Assembly (NCBI GenBank): GCA_040954595.2
Contig: CM082589.2
Location: forward strand, 10,924,894-10,988,893
Reading direction: 5' to 3'
Origin: Balanoglossus misakiensis
Taxonomy: Eukaryota; Animalia; Hemichordata
DNA: 64,000 bases
The notes below the pieces were generated by a model. The model was not told where the DNA came from. It worked only from the letters and a program-made list of their open reading frames with translations, and did no database searches. The translations under genes and the position numbers were made by a program. Below, one piece after another: positions 12,361 through 24,375 of this stretch (the first letter of the stretch is position 1; each line of letters begins with the position of its first letter).

Positions 12361-14869
12361 GCGAGGGAGACAACAGGACCTTTCATGCTTAAACCCCTGT
12401 TCTTCTGTTATAAACTTTGAAAACCGTTCGTTTTCAGACTGCAGATTGCTCGAATAACGCGACACACTGCCGAAACAATAAAACAAATACTAGTGGGAGC
12501 TCATAAAATAAAATCGCTCAACCATTCCGTCGTCCTGAGTGACCTCAGCCACATTAATTCCGACGTCTTTTTAGGGTCATGAAAAAAGTCACAAATAAGG
12601 TATTTCCCCTAGGTCCACCTGAAGCAAAAAGTTTTCGTTTCGACTCCATCATTCCGAATAGTAAGAAAGCAACAAAATTGAAAAGACAGATGTAAAATGC
12701 ACTCTCTCTCACGTGGTAACGTTTGTAACTATGGCAATCACGGTACGTGTTCAGTACACAGACAGGGAGAAAAGTTTCTCCATGCAATACATGTGTTCAG
12801 TAAGGTTTGACCTTGGTTTTACATTGTACCATGATCGCCGCTTTCTAAGCATGGATGAACGACGGCGGTCAGACCCAATCGAACCCTTTCATGTCAGATG
12901 ACCACGGTATCTCCACTGTGAGATGACATTTGACAAACCATTTGATTTCAACAAAATCTTCGCGTCGTCAACGCGTCGCATACCAGTCGCATATCGGTAT
13001 TTACCCAATCATAAAAGTTGGAAATTCGGGAGACTCGATCTGCAACCAAGTTGAGAGTAAATTTTGACGTTTGACTATTGGCAAGTAAACAGGTTACACA
13101 ATGACTTGTCGGTTTTTCCTCCGTCATGGTCGTTCTCGACCCAAGTCCCCCCTCCCAATGTCCTTCCTTGACATTTAGACACACCTTGCGGTATGACCTT
13201 GGTGGTCATGTGCAATTAGTTTTCTTGTATAAAAGCTTTTCATGCCGGGGTAGACGACTTGTGCGTGGATCATCAACATTTCAGTGATATTTCAACGCAA
13301 AGTTTTAGCAATATTAAGAAAACAGGTAGTGAGGTGTCAAATGCATATCAATGTACGAAAATTAGGTCAAGCCACCCGACAGCAACCGCTTTCACACAGT
13401 GTCGGACGTTGCACGGAATGTGAAACGTTACACTGCTTCGGCCGTTCACATGCACCTGGGCGTGGGTTTGATTGATGGTCAAACGCCCCCACTTACTTTG
13501 GGCGTTTTCAATGGTAAATGTGTCGTATTGATCAAAACCTTGCCGTAAACACATTTTTTTTTGCTGAATCAACATTCAGAGTTCAGCCGTCTAGTTAACG
13601 AAGTATTGAAGTAAGCCACTTGTTCATCATTTTTTGTCTGTCAAACGTGTTTATTCGGACAGGGACCGGCCGCCGATGAGGGGTTTAGGGAGCCCACACG
13701 TACACTCTGGTACCTGGACAATTAACATAGACATGTCGTGTGTACCGTCCGGTTCGAAAAGATTGGTTTAAGGTAGTCCTGGTAACAGTCATCCTAACGA
13801 GGCCAGGGGAGGTCTCCAAGGGCGAAATAAACATAGCTACAGATGACGAGTCGAATTCGAATCGGACGATGCTTGTTCATAAAAGGCACAGACATAAAGC
13901 TTCGAAGTTTTTTGTCTGTGTAGTAAAGATACGACTAATCAGCCTATAGTGTAACCGTAGACCCTGGAGAAATACCAGAGCACAGCACAATGCAGCAAAT
14001 GGAGTGAAACAAGAACAAAGCTTAGTATCTGCCGCAAACAACGCTAAATCACACATTGACACTCCAAATAGAAGCAAGACAGCCGGGGGGGGGGGAGGCA
14101 CAGTTGTAGATCGCGGTTTTGACCCGCCCCTTCCACATCCTGTAGATGTTTGTGCGTCCAAGGCATTTTTGATAAAAGATAGACTTTTGTTTTTAGCTCG
14201 AGTGTGGCCTAAGTATATCACCGTTCCCACGAAAAATGTCTGTCTTTTTCAAAACGTTGTATTATACTTCTGTGTTATTTGAACTCTAATACAAGTGACA
14301 GTATTAGAGGACAGATTTGGCACAGACAAAATTCGTATTAACAAACCACAGAGAAAACGTCAAAATGGAGCGATTTATAAAATGATCAATTCCACGAGTT
14401 TGCAAATTAAAGTTAAAGAGATACAGTTTCATTGGGTGGATCACTATCCTAGAGCGGTCTGGAAGCATGGGTGGATTTTTACCTGGTGTTTGTTTACCTG
14501 GTAAAAATAGGCTATTGTTCTCCCCTGCTTTTCATAGCGGATTTTTTAACACGTCTCCTCGAGATCAAACATTAATGAGCGATTAAAAGCGCTTCGTATA
14601 CTTTTTGTGGGTCGAGTTGTGTTTTTCGTTTTATTTGGTCATTAATTCGATCAGAATGGATTGTTTATTGTTGTATTGTTAAAAGCTTGGATTTTATGTT
14701 TCAGTTGTGCAGAGTGCTTAAGTATGCTCGACTTGCGTGGCAATTCTGCATATTTGGAGCATTCTTTGGAATTTAATTGATTTGGACATGAGTTTGTTGT
14801 TTGGTTGGTCATGGAACAACACGTGACATTGTCTGCATGACATTCTTTAGGGTGTTCCAATTCTGTAAA

Positions 14870-15030
14870 TGACATGAGGTGGTTACATAGGACCATATAT
14901 GGCTGAGATGAGAACATATGGCGGCGCTCTTTTTTCGCGTGTGCCACCCACTAAAAATCTGTGATTGGCTACATCTCAATTTGCCATGGTAACTATAGCT
15001 AATTTTCCATAGGTGACCGTATACCTTTAA
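14870..15030 (-). mobile_element. End of a TTAA-flanked DNA element; a second copy starts at ~30131
   Basis: The reverse complement matches ttaaaggtatatgatcacccatggaaaattagctata..gttaccatgg..agccaatcacagatttt at 30131-30290. Confidence 0.6.
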
Positions 15031-16026
15031 TTGCCTGTTGGTACTAAACAGCACTCTCCCCGAGTCTAGTGAAACATCATTTTTGGGGATCTGGATTTCG
15101 TGTTCATTATTGCGTGACTGATACGGCGGGTATCGATTGGAATAGGCCCTATCGTTAAAATAGAAGTTCATTCTTGTCGGGCGACCCAGGAAGGCATAAG
15201 CTTGACGTGCCTAAAGTTTGTCGGACATTGTTCGACCATCACGGCTGCAAATTGGTTTAAGTTCGACCCTGGGCCCGGTGTAGCCTGCTCCAATAGAAAT
15301 GGAGAAATTAAGTATAAGGCAACAACCCGAATGTGCCACTTTTTCACTGACAGCATCCCTATAAAACCACAGTAAGTGATAAAACAAAAGGTTAGGTCGA
15401 CTTTTCATGTCCTTATGCGCATGAAAAGAAAAGAATGAGACAGGGTCAATGAAGTCTAGTATCGTGTCTTCGTGCACACGAAGACGCCCGAGCCGTTCAT
15501 CATCATGGTATTCCTCGTGGAATCTCTTGGCAAGTGCATGGCGTGTACCGAGTCAGAACATGTAAATACTGACTTCTGCCATAGACGTACCAGGTGCTTC
15601 GACGAGTTGGCCTTCGGCATTGTGGTTTTTTGGCTTTTCTAGTGAAGCCGAAGGCCAAAACCAAGGACCGTGACTAAACTGAAAAGCCCCCCCCCCCCCC
15701 CCCCATCTCCCCCCCCCCGCCCTCACCAGTTTTTGTAGTAGATATGTTCTTCATGCCTACCCCAATTCTACCGCTGGCTGCGCTGTCACAGTGACCTCAA
15801 GCCAGGTCAAATTTGAGCTAAAAGACAAGTTCCGTCTACATACTCATGAATATTTCTTGGTTTCTTCGCGTATAAACTCAGGAATACTATGCCCCTGAAG
15901 CCTCGGCTGGCTTTGATGCACGTTATCATGTTTTAATTAGTCAAAGACCCACGGTAGCAAAGTAAGTAATTGTCTTTTTTTCACGCGTATCCTTTGGTCA
16001 TATATTCTGCCTGCAGCCCCCAGCCC

Positions 16027-16343
16027 TTGCTGCAGTTTGCAGCCCCTCCATCTCCCCTGAACGAGTTTTCGTTTTGCCGATTGAAGTTGAATAACTGGGG
16101 AAAACGTAGGCAAAATCGACAAATACCGCGACATCCTTTGCCAGGTGAGCGCTGTATGGGTTCCGGGACCGATTTGGCGAAAAAATTGTGGAAAATTGTG
16201 GACTGGAGACGTCTGGAGTGTAGAAATTCGCTCCGGGCCCAAATCCCGGTCGCTCGTTGTGCGGTTTAGAATAGCTGGGACCTGCAGCCCCGCAAAAACA
16301 AAAATCGTCCAGGGGAGATGGAGGGGCTGCAAACTGCAGCAAC
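16027..16343. repeat. ~46-bp inverted repeat pair (probable MITE interior)
   Basis: ttgctgcagtttgcagcccctccatctcccctg at ~16027 versus caggggagatggaggggctgcaaactgcagcaa at ~16310-16342. Confidence 0.7.
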
Positions 16344-17076
16344 CCCCAGCCCCACATTCGCTGATATAATTGTCACGTACCTCGATAGTTATTATAATTT
16401 TTAGTTAGAGACGGCCTTGTAGACTCGGAATTGTAGACTAGCGACGGCTCAGCTGGCATATCGTACCACTTTTTCTGTTACATTGCCGACCGGCCCGGCG
16501 CAACTACCGAGGAAAGATACGGGTGTGCTCGTGGGAATTGTCAACTACCCGTTCATCGTTCGACTGCTCAACACAGATCATTGATAACACAATGTCACAT
16601 TTCGAACTAATTTTGAAATTCTGGATAAATTCTCCAAATATCCTGTTAATCTGGGATTTTCTTCCATCACCTTGATGCAACTGTATCAGAATTTGTCTTT
16701 TAAGTTTATTCACACCAAAAAAAAACAACAACAGCCATTTCCTGGAAATTGTCATGTTTTCTCTAAAAGAAATAAGCTGAACTTTTTTATTCAAAGGAAA
16801 CGTTCAGCAATTTTTTTTCTCCCCAAAATTCAGGTGAATTTTTCACAGATTCTTTTTTCCCAGAAATTCTGCCGAAATCTACACTAATCACACACTTATT
16901 GGAAAGGTGTAACACAAAATATAGACTTTACAAACAAAAATCTAATGTTATACATTTATGAACCTCTTATTCACCAATATTAAATGTTTTCAAAGAGGAA
17001 ATGTATTATTCACGGACTGGAATTTCGAAATTAGTTTGGAACATGTTTGATGTGTTATAAATTGGTTTATTTTCAG

Positions 17077-17195
17077 ATTTTATGGTGGGCACTTGACAGT
17101 AATTGAGGGTTATTCTGAAAATCGTTATGCTGGAGCAGAGATTGTAAACCAGATTGAAGAGACTTCCAATGAAACAGCGAACCATGGTTGGATTG
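17077..17195 (+). CDS. Exon: C-type lectin domain, part 2
   Basis: tttcag|FYGGHLTVIEGYSENRYAG...NHGWI(G)|gtgagt; 119 nt, phase 2-1; WIG motif. Confidence 0.88.
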
Positions 17196-17408
17196 GTGAG
17201 TGTGTCTTTTAACAGTGTTTGTCAGTGTTCCCAAATAATTTGTGGGTGTATCAAGTGTAAAAAATAACTGGTTTTGGAATTTGACAGTTTACAAGTAAGC
17301 ACTGCATAGTAACACTTGAATGATAATTGTCTCAAGATGGTAATTGAAAAGCCTATTTTTTACATCTCAATAACCTCACAAAATCTTGCTATTAAGTGAC
17401 TCTGTATG

Positions 17409-17603
17409 CAGTTTTTCATCCAGATGGAGGGATGAGGGAATTCGCCCACTGTCAGCATGTTGGCACCCCCCTAGAAATTTGTCAAGGGGGAAATGGTGCC
17501 CCTTACAGACTCAGCGATGTCACTCATTCCCCTCCTTGCAAGAGTGCAACTATTCAAGCAAAGGGGGACATATCCCCCCCCCCCCATCCTGGATGAAACA
17601 CTG
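17409..17603. mobile_element. hAT-like MITE
   Basis: TIR cagtttttcatccag / ctggatgaaacactg; flanking duplication ctgtatg(c). Confidence 0.75.
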
Positions 17604-17639
17604 CTGTATGCATCTTCTTTCTTTATTTCCATTTTATAG

Positions 17640-17855
17640 GATTTAGTGGACCCAATCGAGATGGCAGTGTGGAATATGATTATTCAGATGGCAGGAAAGG
17701 TAGTGTCTTTGATGGTCGATGGGCAGACACAGAACCTGATGCCTCCACTGGGCAATGTGTGAGGTTAAACCTCTTTGAAAATAATTACCCATTGTATCAT
17801 GCAAGATGTGATGATGTCAGTCTGTCAATGTGTGAAGTAGCAGCTTGTGCTGAAG
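17640..17855 (+). CDS. Exon: C-type lectin domain, part 3
   Basis: ttatag|FSGPNRDG..WADTEPDASTGQCVRL..RCDDVSLSMCEVAACAE|gtaagt; 216 nt, phase 1-1; EPD at the EPN/QPD position. Confidence 0.9.
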
Positions 17856-17969
17856 GTAAGTCTGATTCAAATCAGCTAGAATCTTCCCTTACTCGCATCA
17901 GGTCTTTACTTTTCTCGCACTGCTGTAGTCACCTCCCAATATATATACTAAGAGAGAGTGTGTGCAAAA

Positions 17970-18250
17970 GAGCGGGAGGGAGAGGCTGGGAGGGGAGAGT
18001 GAGAGGGGAGGGAGAGAGAGCTGGAGAGTGACAGGGAGGGAGGGAGGGAGGGTGGTAGTGAGGGAGAGGGGGAGAGAGAACTAGAGGGAGAGGGAGGGGT
18101 AGAGGGGGGGTAGGGAGGGAGAGAGAGCTAGAGAGGGGTGGGAGGGGGGGAGAGGGGCGGGAGAGGGGAGGGAGAGGGGCGGGAGAGGGGAGGGAGAGAG
18201 CTAGAGAGGGAGGGGGAGGGGGTGGAAGGGAGGGAAGGAGAGAGAGTTAG
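17970..18250 (+). repeat. G/A-rich low-complexity tract
   Basis: (gggaga/ggga)n purine run. Confidence 0.85.
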
Positions 18251-18440
18251 AGTCCCCTAAGCAATACAAGATATACTTGGAAGAGCTCACCACTAAAAGT
18301 TAAACAAGGGGGATCAGATCATGTGATGTCTCCTTGGGTGCAGAATGGTGTTATATTTGAAATTCAAAATTGAGGCCAGTTGTCGCTAGATAATTCCACT
18401 CATTAATTGTATGGTTATGTTTACTTAACAATTTCTTTTA

Positions 18441-19897
18441 GACTATTTATGTAATAGAGAACCACCGACCCCGAGGTGGTTCTTGGTTTCGAATTGCCGA
18501 GGGCCGCAGGCCCGAGGCGATTGGAAACCAAGAACCACTGAGGGGGAGGTGGTTCTCTAACTTAAACCACGACCCCCCACAGACATTGTCACCATTGGAG
18601 CTTCGTGTACCACAAAGACGTCGTTTTACTCAACGATTCAATAAAATGAACGAACAAAAGCTTATCAAAAGAGGCTTATTCTTCATTGCTGACTGTGAAA
18701 TTTGGTTGGCCACCCCTTTTCCTATAAATGAATCATGTCGTGGGCAGGTAGTTCTAGACCGCCCTGCTGGGCCTTACAAGATCGCCCACGCTTGACAGGT
18801 GTTACTCTAAATGTTCATGCTTACGTGTCAGAGTGATATGCTAATTTCAAACACTAATTTGCATCAAATTAAACTTTACAGGTGTGTTACGTAGTGTATT
18901 ATGGGAAGCGTTACAGCTATTGGGGTTTTGCGTGCACATGGTAAGCTTACGCGAAAATTTTCTAGGCCAAATGCAGAAGGCCTACATGTAAGTGTCACGT
19001 TTTTTTTTATTTTCCTTCAAATGTCCATGAAATCGATCTGAAGATACATGTAGTTCCGATCTATATCATCTGGGAAAACAAGCGGCTACATGTTGGTAAA
19101 GCAAAAACCGGGTAACAATGCTCTACATGGTACTACAGCCCGTCTGTGTATTGGCCTCCCTGGCTTTTGAACGAACCACTCTCTACGAGCCACAGCGGCA
19201 ACACGTCTGTATGGTAGCGATATTGGTGAGTAACTCATCTGCGAAAAGACTTGATACCGAAGTGAATCCGTCCGACATTACAAACCCACGTCTGGTGAAC
19301 AGCAACAAAAAGTAAGCAGAATTTTGCAAGGTACGCGGGTTTTAGGCCTAAAACAGCCAACCTTGTTACATGTCGGTAGTGAAGCAAAATCGAAGTGAAG
19401 CATCTGGTTAGAGTAATGCAAGCAAATCTGGGGATAATGTGATTTAGTATAATTTTCTAGAAATTTGTAGTTAATTTATTGCAACGTTAGTTTGTTTCTG
19501 GTGAATTGATTTTTGTCTATTTTATACTTTTATTATCATGTTATGAAGACTCTCGAGAGCCACCAAGACATTAGCTTTGTACGTCAGTAGACAAAACTGT
19601 GAATGTGAAGCATTGAATGAAATGATCCGGAGACTGTCGCATATCCAGTTCGCTTTCAATGAACATAACAATTACTCTATTCAAATGAAATGTACTTTGA
19701 ATACAGGTATAGAAGTAAATGTAATTATGCAAATAAAGCATTGTGTATTTGTATTTTTGTTACGACAGGTGAGACTGAGTCCTGCGGTAGTTCTAGAACC
19801 CCCGGAGGTAGTTCTAGAACTACCCGGGACTTGGTTTTAAACCTGTGGTTTTGTGTGAGACGGAGGTTCTCTCAGTGAATGACTTGTCTATTGAATA
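18441..19897. mobile_element. Non-autonomous element with a subterminal hairpin (Crypton-like, tentative)
   Basis: Hairpin agagaaccacc..gtggttcttggtttc..ccgagggccgcaggcccgagg..gaaaccaagaaccac..ggtggttctct (18455-18560); ggttctct recurs at ~19865. Confidence 0.5.
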
Positions 19898-20000
19898 GTG
19901 TGACGTCACGATCGTGGTTTAATTGTATGATCATCTCCTTTGCAACTAAAGACTACTTTTGAACTGTCAGCAGAAAGTCTGATCCTCAAAGAATTTTGTA

Positions 20001-20192
20001 CTGTAAACAGGAAATTTTCGCGAGCGATACATTTTTGCGAACTATGCGAGAGCCAAAAAAAACGCGAAAATAAACAAGTTGTGTCAAAATGTTTTTCGAA
20101 GATAGCAATGCCGTGAAATATGAGAATGCGAAAATCAATCATCGCATAACAGTTGCCACTTTTGATATCATGAAAAATTTCCTGTTTTACAG
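20001..20192. mobile_element. TA-flanked CTGTAAA MITE (Tc1/mariner-type); related copies at 25485-25690, 25737-25931, 26164-26370, 28987-29180 and 47172-47361
   Basis: ta|ctgtaaac(a)ggaaatttt ... aaatttcctgttttacag|ta with cgcgaaaa internal motifs. Confidence 0.85.
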
Positions 20193-20505
20193 TATGTCAT
20201 AAATATAAATCAGAAACAAAACTGGGCCAAGTATTTTAAGAATCTGGCATCTGTCACACTGATAGTTTGAGCTTAGAGAATCATAATATGCGGTTCTTGG
20301 AATTTTCGGGTGTGATAAATGTCGTTTCAAAATTTTTACATTTGATTTATACTAATACAAACATTGTTTTATACATGTACATTGGATACTCACTGTTGGT
20401 GAAGTAATTTTATCATCAATGAAATTTCGTCAACTTGATGAGCTGAATCTTTATGACCATTCATCACACAAACATACTCTTTCTTTTTATTTTAATGATA
20501 TTCAG

Positions 20506-20630
20506 GAACATGTGGTGGTTTGGAAACTGGTGAATCGGGGACCTTTCACAGCACTGGATACCCAGATGATAATTATTACATTCTACAAGAATGTATTTGG
20601 ACAATCCAGGGACCTGCAACATCCAGAATA
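20506..20630 (+). CDS. Exon remnant: CUB1 N-terminal half (3' end and donor lost)
   Basis: ttcag|GTCGGLETGESGTFHSTGYPDDNYYILQECIWTIQGPATSRI, then runs into repeat sequence. Confidence 0.85.
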
Positions 20631-20931
20631 AGTGCTCACTTGTAAACTGTCAAATTCCAAAACCAGTTATTTTTTACACTAAAACTTGCATAAACCACTA
20701 ACTCTGTCTAATCTGGAAACCTGCCTATACAAAACACCTTTTCCCGTCCATTCGACATACAAACACTTTAAAAAAAAAAACAGACACATGTATTAGATTT
20801 AAATTCATTTCAACTAAAAAAAAAATAATTTGATTTTTTTCTTCCTTATAACAAACATGATTTTTGGTAAACTTTTGAATTAAAGGGCCATTATCTATAA
20901 CTTCAGGCTAGTTTATCAGTAATTTTGTTTT

Positions 20932-21595
20932 GTGTTTATTACACCTCACGTATTATACCGTTTTCGTGATTGGCTGAGACGCGCTCACGTGATATAGAAA
21001 AAAAAGTGATATAACATGGCTAGAGTTGATAAAGCCCTGTCGCGTGCGCTGATATTGCCCACTTGGTTGTTTTGGTGTTCTGGGCACGACTTCTGCGCGT
21101 TCCAAACTGTCGTTCAATGGCTTCCTTCACGATCAGTCAACTCCCGCATCTATATGGCTTCAAAGCGACACACAGGCTTAACACCTGTTCTACTGGATGA
21201 TATTTTACTGCAAACGGGCAGTAAATACACCAAAATCGCAACCAACAGCGCAGTATTTTCAAAATAATCTAAGTTCGAAGTAGGTATCGTATAATTCTTG
21301 GGAGATCGAGACATTTTACATTCTCAGCAACGTACGACATATGGACGCGAGTCTACATGCTACATGCTGCAGTGTATGTACGTTCAAATGTTCGGCGTAA
21401 TAAAATTAATAACACATTATGCTCGGGCAACATCACGATTTGAAGCCTGCCCTCGGGCTGGTGATCTCTGACCAAAATATTGATGATACCCTCGCCTGCG
21501 GCTCGGGCATCATCAATATTATGGTCAGAGATCACCATCCCTCATGCAGGCTTCAAATCGTGATATTGCCCTCGCTATCATGTGTTATTATTTAA
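20932..21595. mobile_element. Crypton-like non-autonomous element with a long subterminal hairpin
   Basis: ~90-bp imperfect arms (21407-21590) around ctcgcctgcggctcggg; ends in ttaa; 5' tgattggctgagac..cacgtga motif shared with 57387-57700. Confidence 0.6.
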
Positions 21596-21955
21596 ATTAA
21601 ACACTTTTTCTTGTTCCTCTCCTCATGAGTAACCCATCACACCCAGCTCTCTGCTTGTCAACGAGTCATGTGTATGTGTACTGACTGTTGTTATTATTTA
21701 CGAATGTTTTCAAACAACAACAATGCCGATTGTGCCCTCATAGGTTTCGTTGAGAAGTTAAGACTATGGATTTAACTCTGCCCTGCGTAGCTGAACAAGA
21801 AACTATAATTGATACACAGAATAGAAATACTGAAAAATGCAAAAAGTTACAGCTAATGGGGCTTAAGTCATGAAACTGTGTTTATTTTCATGTATATTGG
21901 CTTGAGACAGCTCACTATTTATGATGTGTGTTGTGACATTTTTTATTCTTTTCAG

Positions 21956-22157
21956 TTTCTACATTTTGACACTGAACTTTATCATGATACTGTTGTCATT
22001 GTCGAGGTGTCTGTGTTTGACCCATCCAAAGTTATTGCCACATACAGTGGACCGGACCAGCCTGATGAAGTTATTAGCAGTGGTAATGCAATGTTGGTGA
22101 AATTTCTCTCAGATAGTTCGCATACTGCTACTGGCTTTGAAGCATCTTGGCAAGCAG
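21956..22157 (+). CDS. Exon: CUB1 C-terminal half
   Basis: tttcag|FLHFDTELYHDTV..YSGPDQPDEVISSGNAMLVKFLSDSSHTATGFEASWQA|gtaata; 202 nt, phase 0-1. Confidence 0.92.
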
Positions 22158-22450
22158 GTAATACCAAGTTTTATACATAATGTAAAACTGGAAATTTTCG
22201 CAAACGATAAATTTTCGCGAACTACACATAAACTTTGCATGTGTGGACACAAGGCAACTAAAAGCATTAATGCTCTGTGTTTACCTTAGGCAAATAGTGT
22301 CTCTGAAACGTTTCGAATTTTACCCTACGTGAACCTGGTATAACATTATAGATTGCACATGTAGGCAATATTTGCCCTACCTCGACTGTGATCTTGCTGA
22401 TGTCCTGTTTGTGAAGTGTTTCTGTTAAGATGACTTCTTCTTTCTTTCAG

Positions 22451-22602
22451 TGTATTCTTTGTGTGGTGGGAATTTCATAGCACAGTCATATAAACAGAAT
22501 CTCAGCAGTACAGAATATTTTGAAGGCAAGAATTATCTCAACAATGAAGATTGTAACTGACAGCTGGCATCATTCACAACAGAATTTGTTGTCACTTTAC
22601 AG
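22451..22602 (+). CDS. Exon: CUB2 N-terminal half, with in-frame TGA
   Basis: tttcag|YSLCGGNF..YLNNEDCN*QLASFTTEFVVTLQ|gtagtg; 152 nt, phase 1-0. Confidence 0.88.
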
Positions 22603-22971
22603 GTAGTGGATTCAGATGCAATTAATCGTGTGAGTTGTTTTACAGCATGACAAAAATTAGTAATTATATTTTTAAAAATACATTTTATTTTTGTCATTTC
22701 TGGTCAATTCTCAGTAGTCACTTTTCCGATTTCTTAAAATTTGGTTTACAAGGACCTACAATATTTGTTATTATGGTGTACATAAACATGTGACAAATAT
22801 CAATACTGGGGAGGAGGGGGGTGGGTAGTTTTAGACATTTTTGGTCCAAAAGTCCACTTATGTCAGAAACGGCTCTTCCAGTTGTTTTGGATTTTGGTTT
22901 ATTGGGATGTGAAAATATTCTTTATCAGATGTATTCTTATATTACCTCATCAATGCTAAAGGTGTCCTTAT

Positions 22972-23247
22972 AGGGACGAAGTCTCTCTCTCTCGCTGCCC
23001 TTTTCCCATTAATTATGTTTGATACAAGACACCGTTTATGTTATTCTACATGAGGATATATAGTGAATCAACATTCGACCACACACACCTTCCATCCCAT
23101 TTTTAGGATATGAGAGTAAAAATCTCGCCCAAAATGAAGCGGGATGGAATGTTGATTCACTATATATCCACATCTAGAATAACATAAACGATAATCAAAC
23201 GATAATTAATGGAAAAGGGGCAGCGAGAGAGAGAGAGACTTTGCCCC
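22972..23247. mobile_element. Foldback MITE FB350 copy (internally deleted)
   Basis: agggacgaagtctctctct ... agagactttgcccc|ttaa. Confidence 0.85.
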
Positions 23248-23362
23248 TTAATGGTTTTGTGTAGGAAATTGTGATCACTATGATTGTACGGTATGTCACA
23301 TTTAAATGTACATATCAAATGGGAGCAAAGTGTCTTTGATGCTTTTTTTTATATCTTTTCCG

Positions 23363-23564
23363 TTTATCTCCTTTGCAACAGAAGATGGGGCTGATCAAGT
23401 GTCTGTATACGATGGCGCTGAACTGAATCCTGCCCTCAGACTTGCTTTATTTTCTGGGATGGAGTTACCCAATGTCATCATATCTTCCAAAAGTATGATG
23501 AGAGTTGACATTAAGAGTGATGATGCAGTTACAATGAGAGGTTTTCATGTACATTACTGGGCAG
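23363..23564 (+). CDS. Exon: CUB2 C-terminal half (acceptor mutated to CG)
   Basis: ttttccg|FISFATEDGADQVSVYDG..SDDAVTMRGFHVHYWA|gtaggt; 202 nt, the same length as the CUB1 equivalent. Confidence 0.88.
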
Positions 23565-23649
23565 GTAGGTAACGCATTCAAATTGATCAAGACGTTGTTT
23601 GAATGAAGAGGCAATCAAGGATTCATGATGCAAGAGAACAATGTTTTAA

Positions 23650-23998
23650 AGGGACAAACACTCTCTCTCGCTACCCTTTTTCCAGGAATTATGATGATAC
23701 AATACAGCGTTTATGTTATTCTACATGTGGATATATATTGAAACAACGTTTGACCACAAACAACTTCCATCCCACTTGTAGACACAAGAGTGAAAAAACT
23801 CGCCAAAATGAATAATTGGTCTCTACCGTTTATTCATTTTGGCAATATTTTTACTCTCATATCCTACAAACGGGATGGAAGTTGTGCGTGGTTGAATGTT
23901 GATTCACTATATATCCACATGTAGAATAACATAAACAGTGTCTTGTATCAAACATAGTTAATGGAAAAAGGGCAGCGAGTGAGAGAAACTTTGTCCCT
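23650..23998. mobile_element. Foldback MITE FB350, full length
   Basis: TTAA at 23646-23649 and 23999-24002; ~165-bp inverted arms. Confidence 0.92.
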
Positions 23999-24375
23999 TT
24001 AAATCACTTAAAATCATTCCCAAAGAATTTCAACCCAGTAAGAATTGTAAGGATCACAGATCTATCTTCTTTTGCCATTCTTTCTGGAAGTTTATAATAT
24101 AAGCTAATCTGATACTGGGTCATTATGGAACTTTTTAACAGAAAAAATAACAAAATGTGAAAAAAGTTAAATGAGTTTAATTTGATAACTACATGTATAA
24201 CGACAGAAAGGTTTGACCTAAGGAAGTCATATACAGTTAACAGTCATTTCTTCTGTCGCGTACGACTTTTTATCCAGAAGGCAATTATTATGTGATTTGA
24301 TCCCCTAGCACAAAATAAAAGGCAGCCAGGATTACACCAAACCTGTGGATTGAATTCATTATTCCTTGTTTGGTA

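Noticed and set aside
12550-16900. Many 60-130-aa ORFs in the large intron
   Set aside because: No recognisable domains or consistent splice phases; several overlap inverted-repeat elements.
22558-22560. Selenocysteine or stop-codon readthrough at the in-frame TGA
   Set aside because: The position aligns with a conserved Trp, not Cys, and three other independent lesions indicate pseudogenisation.
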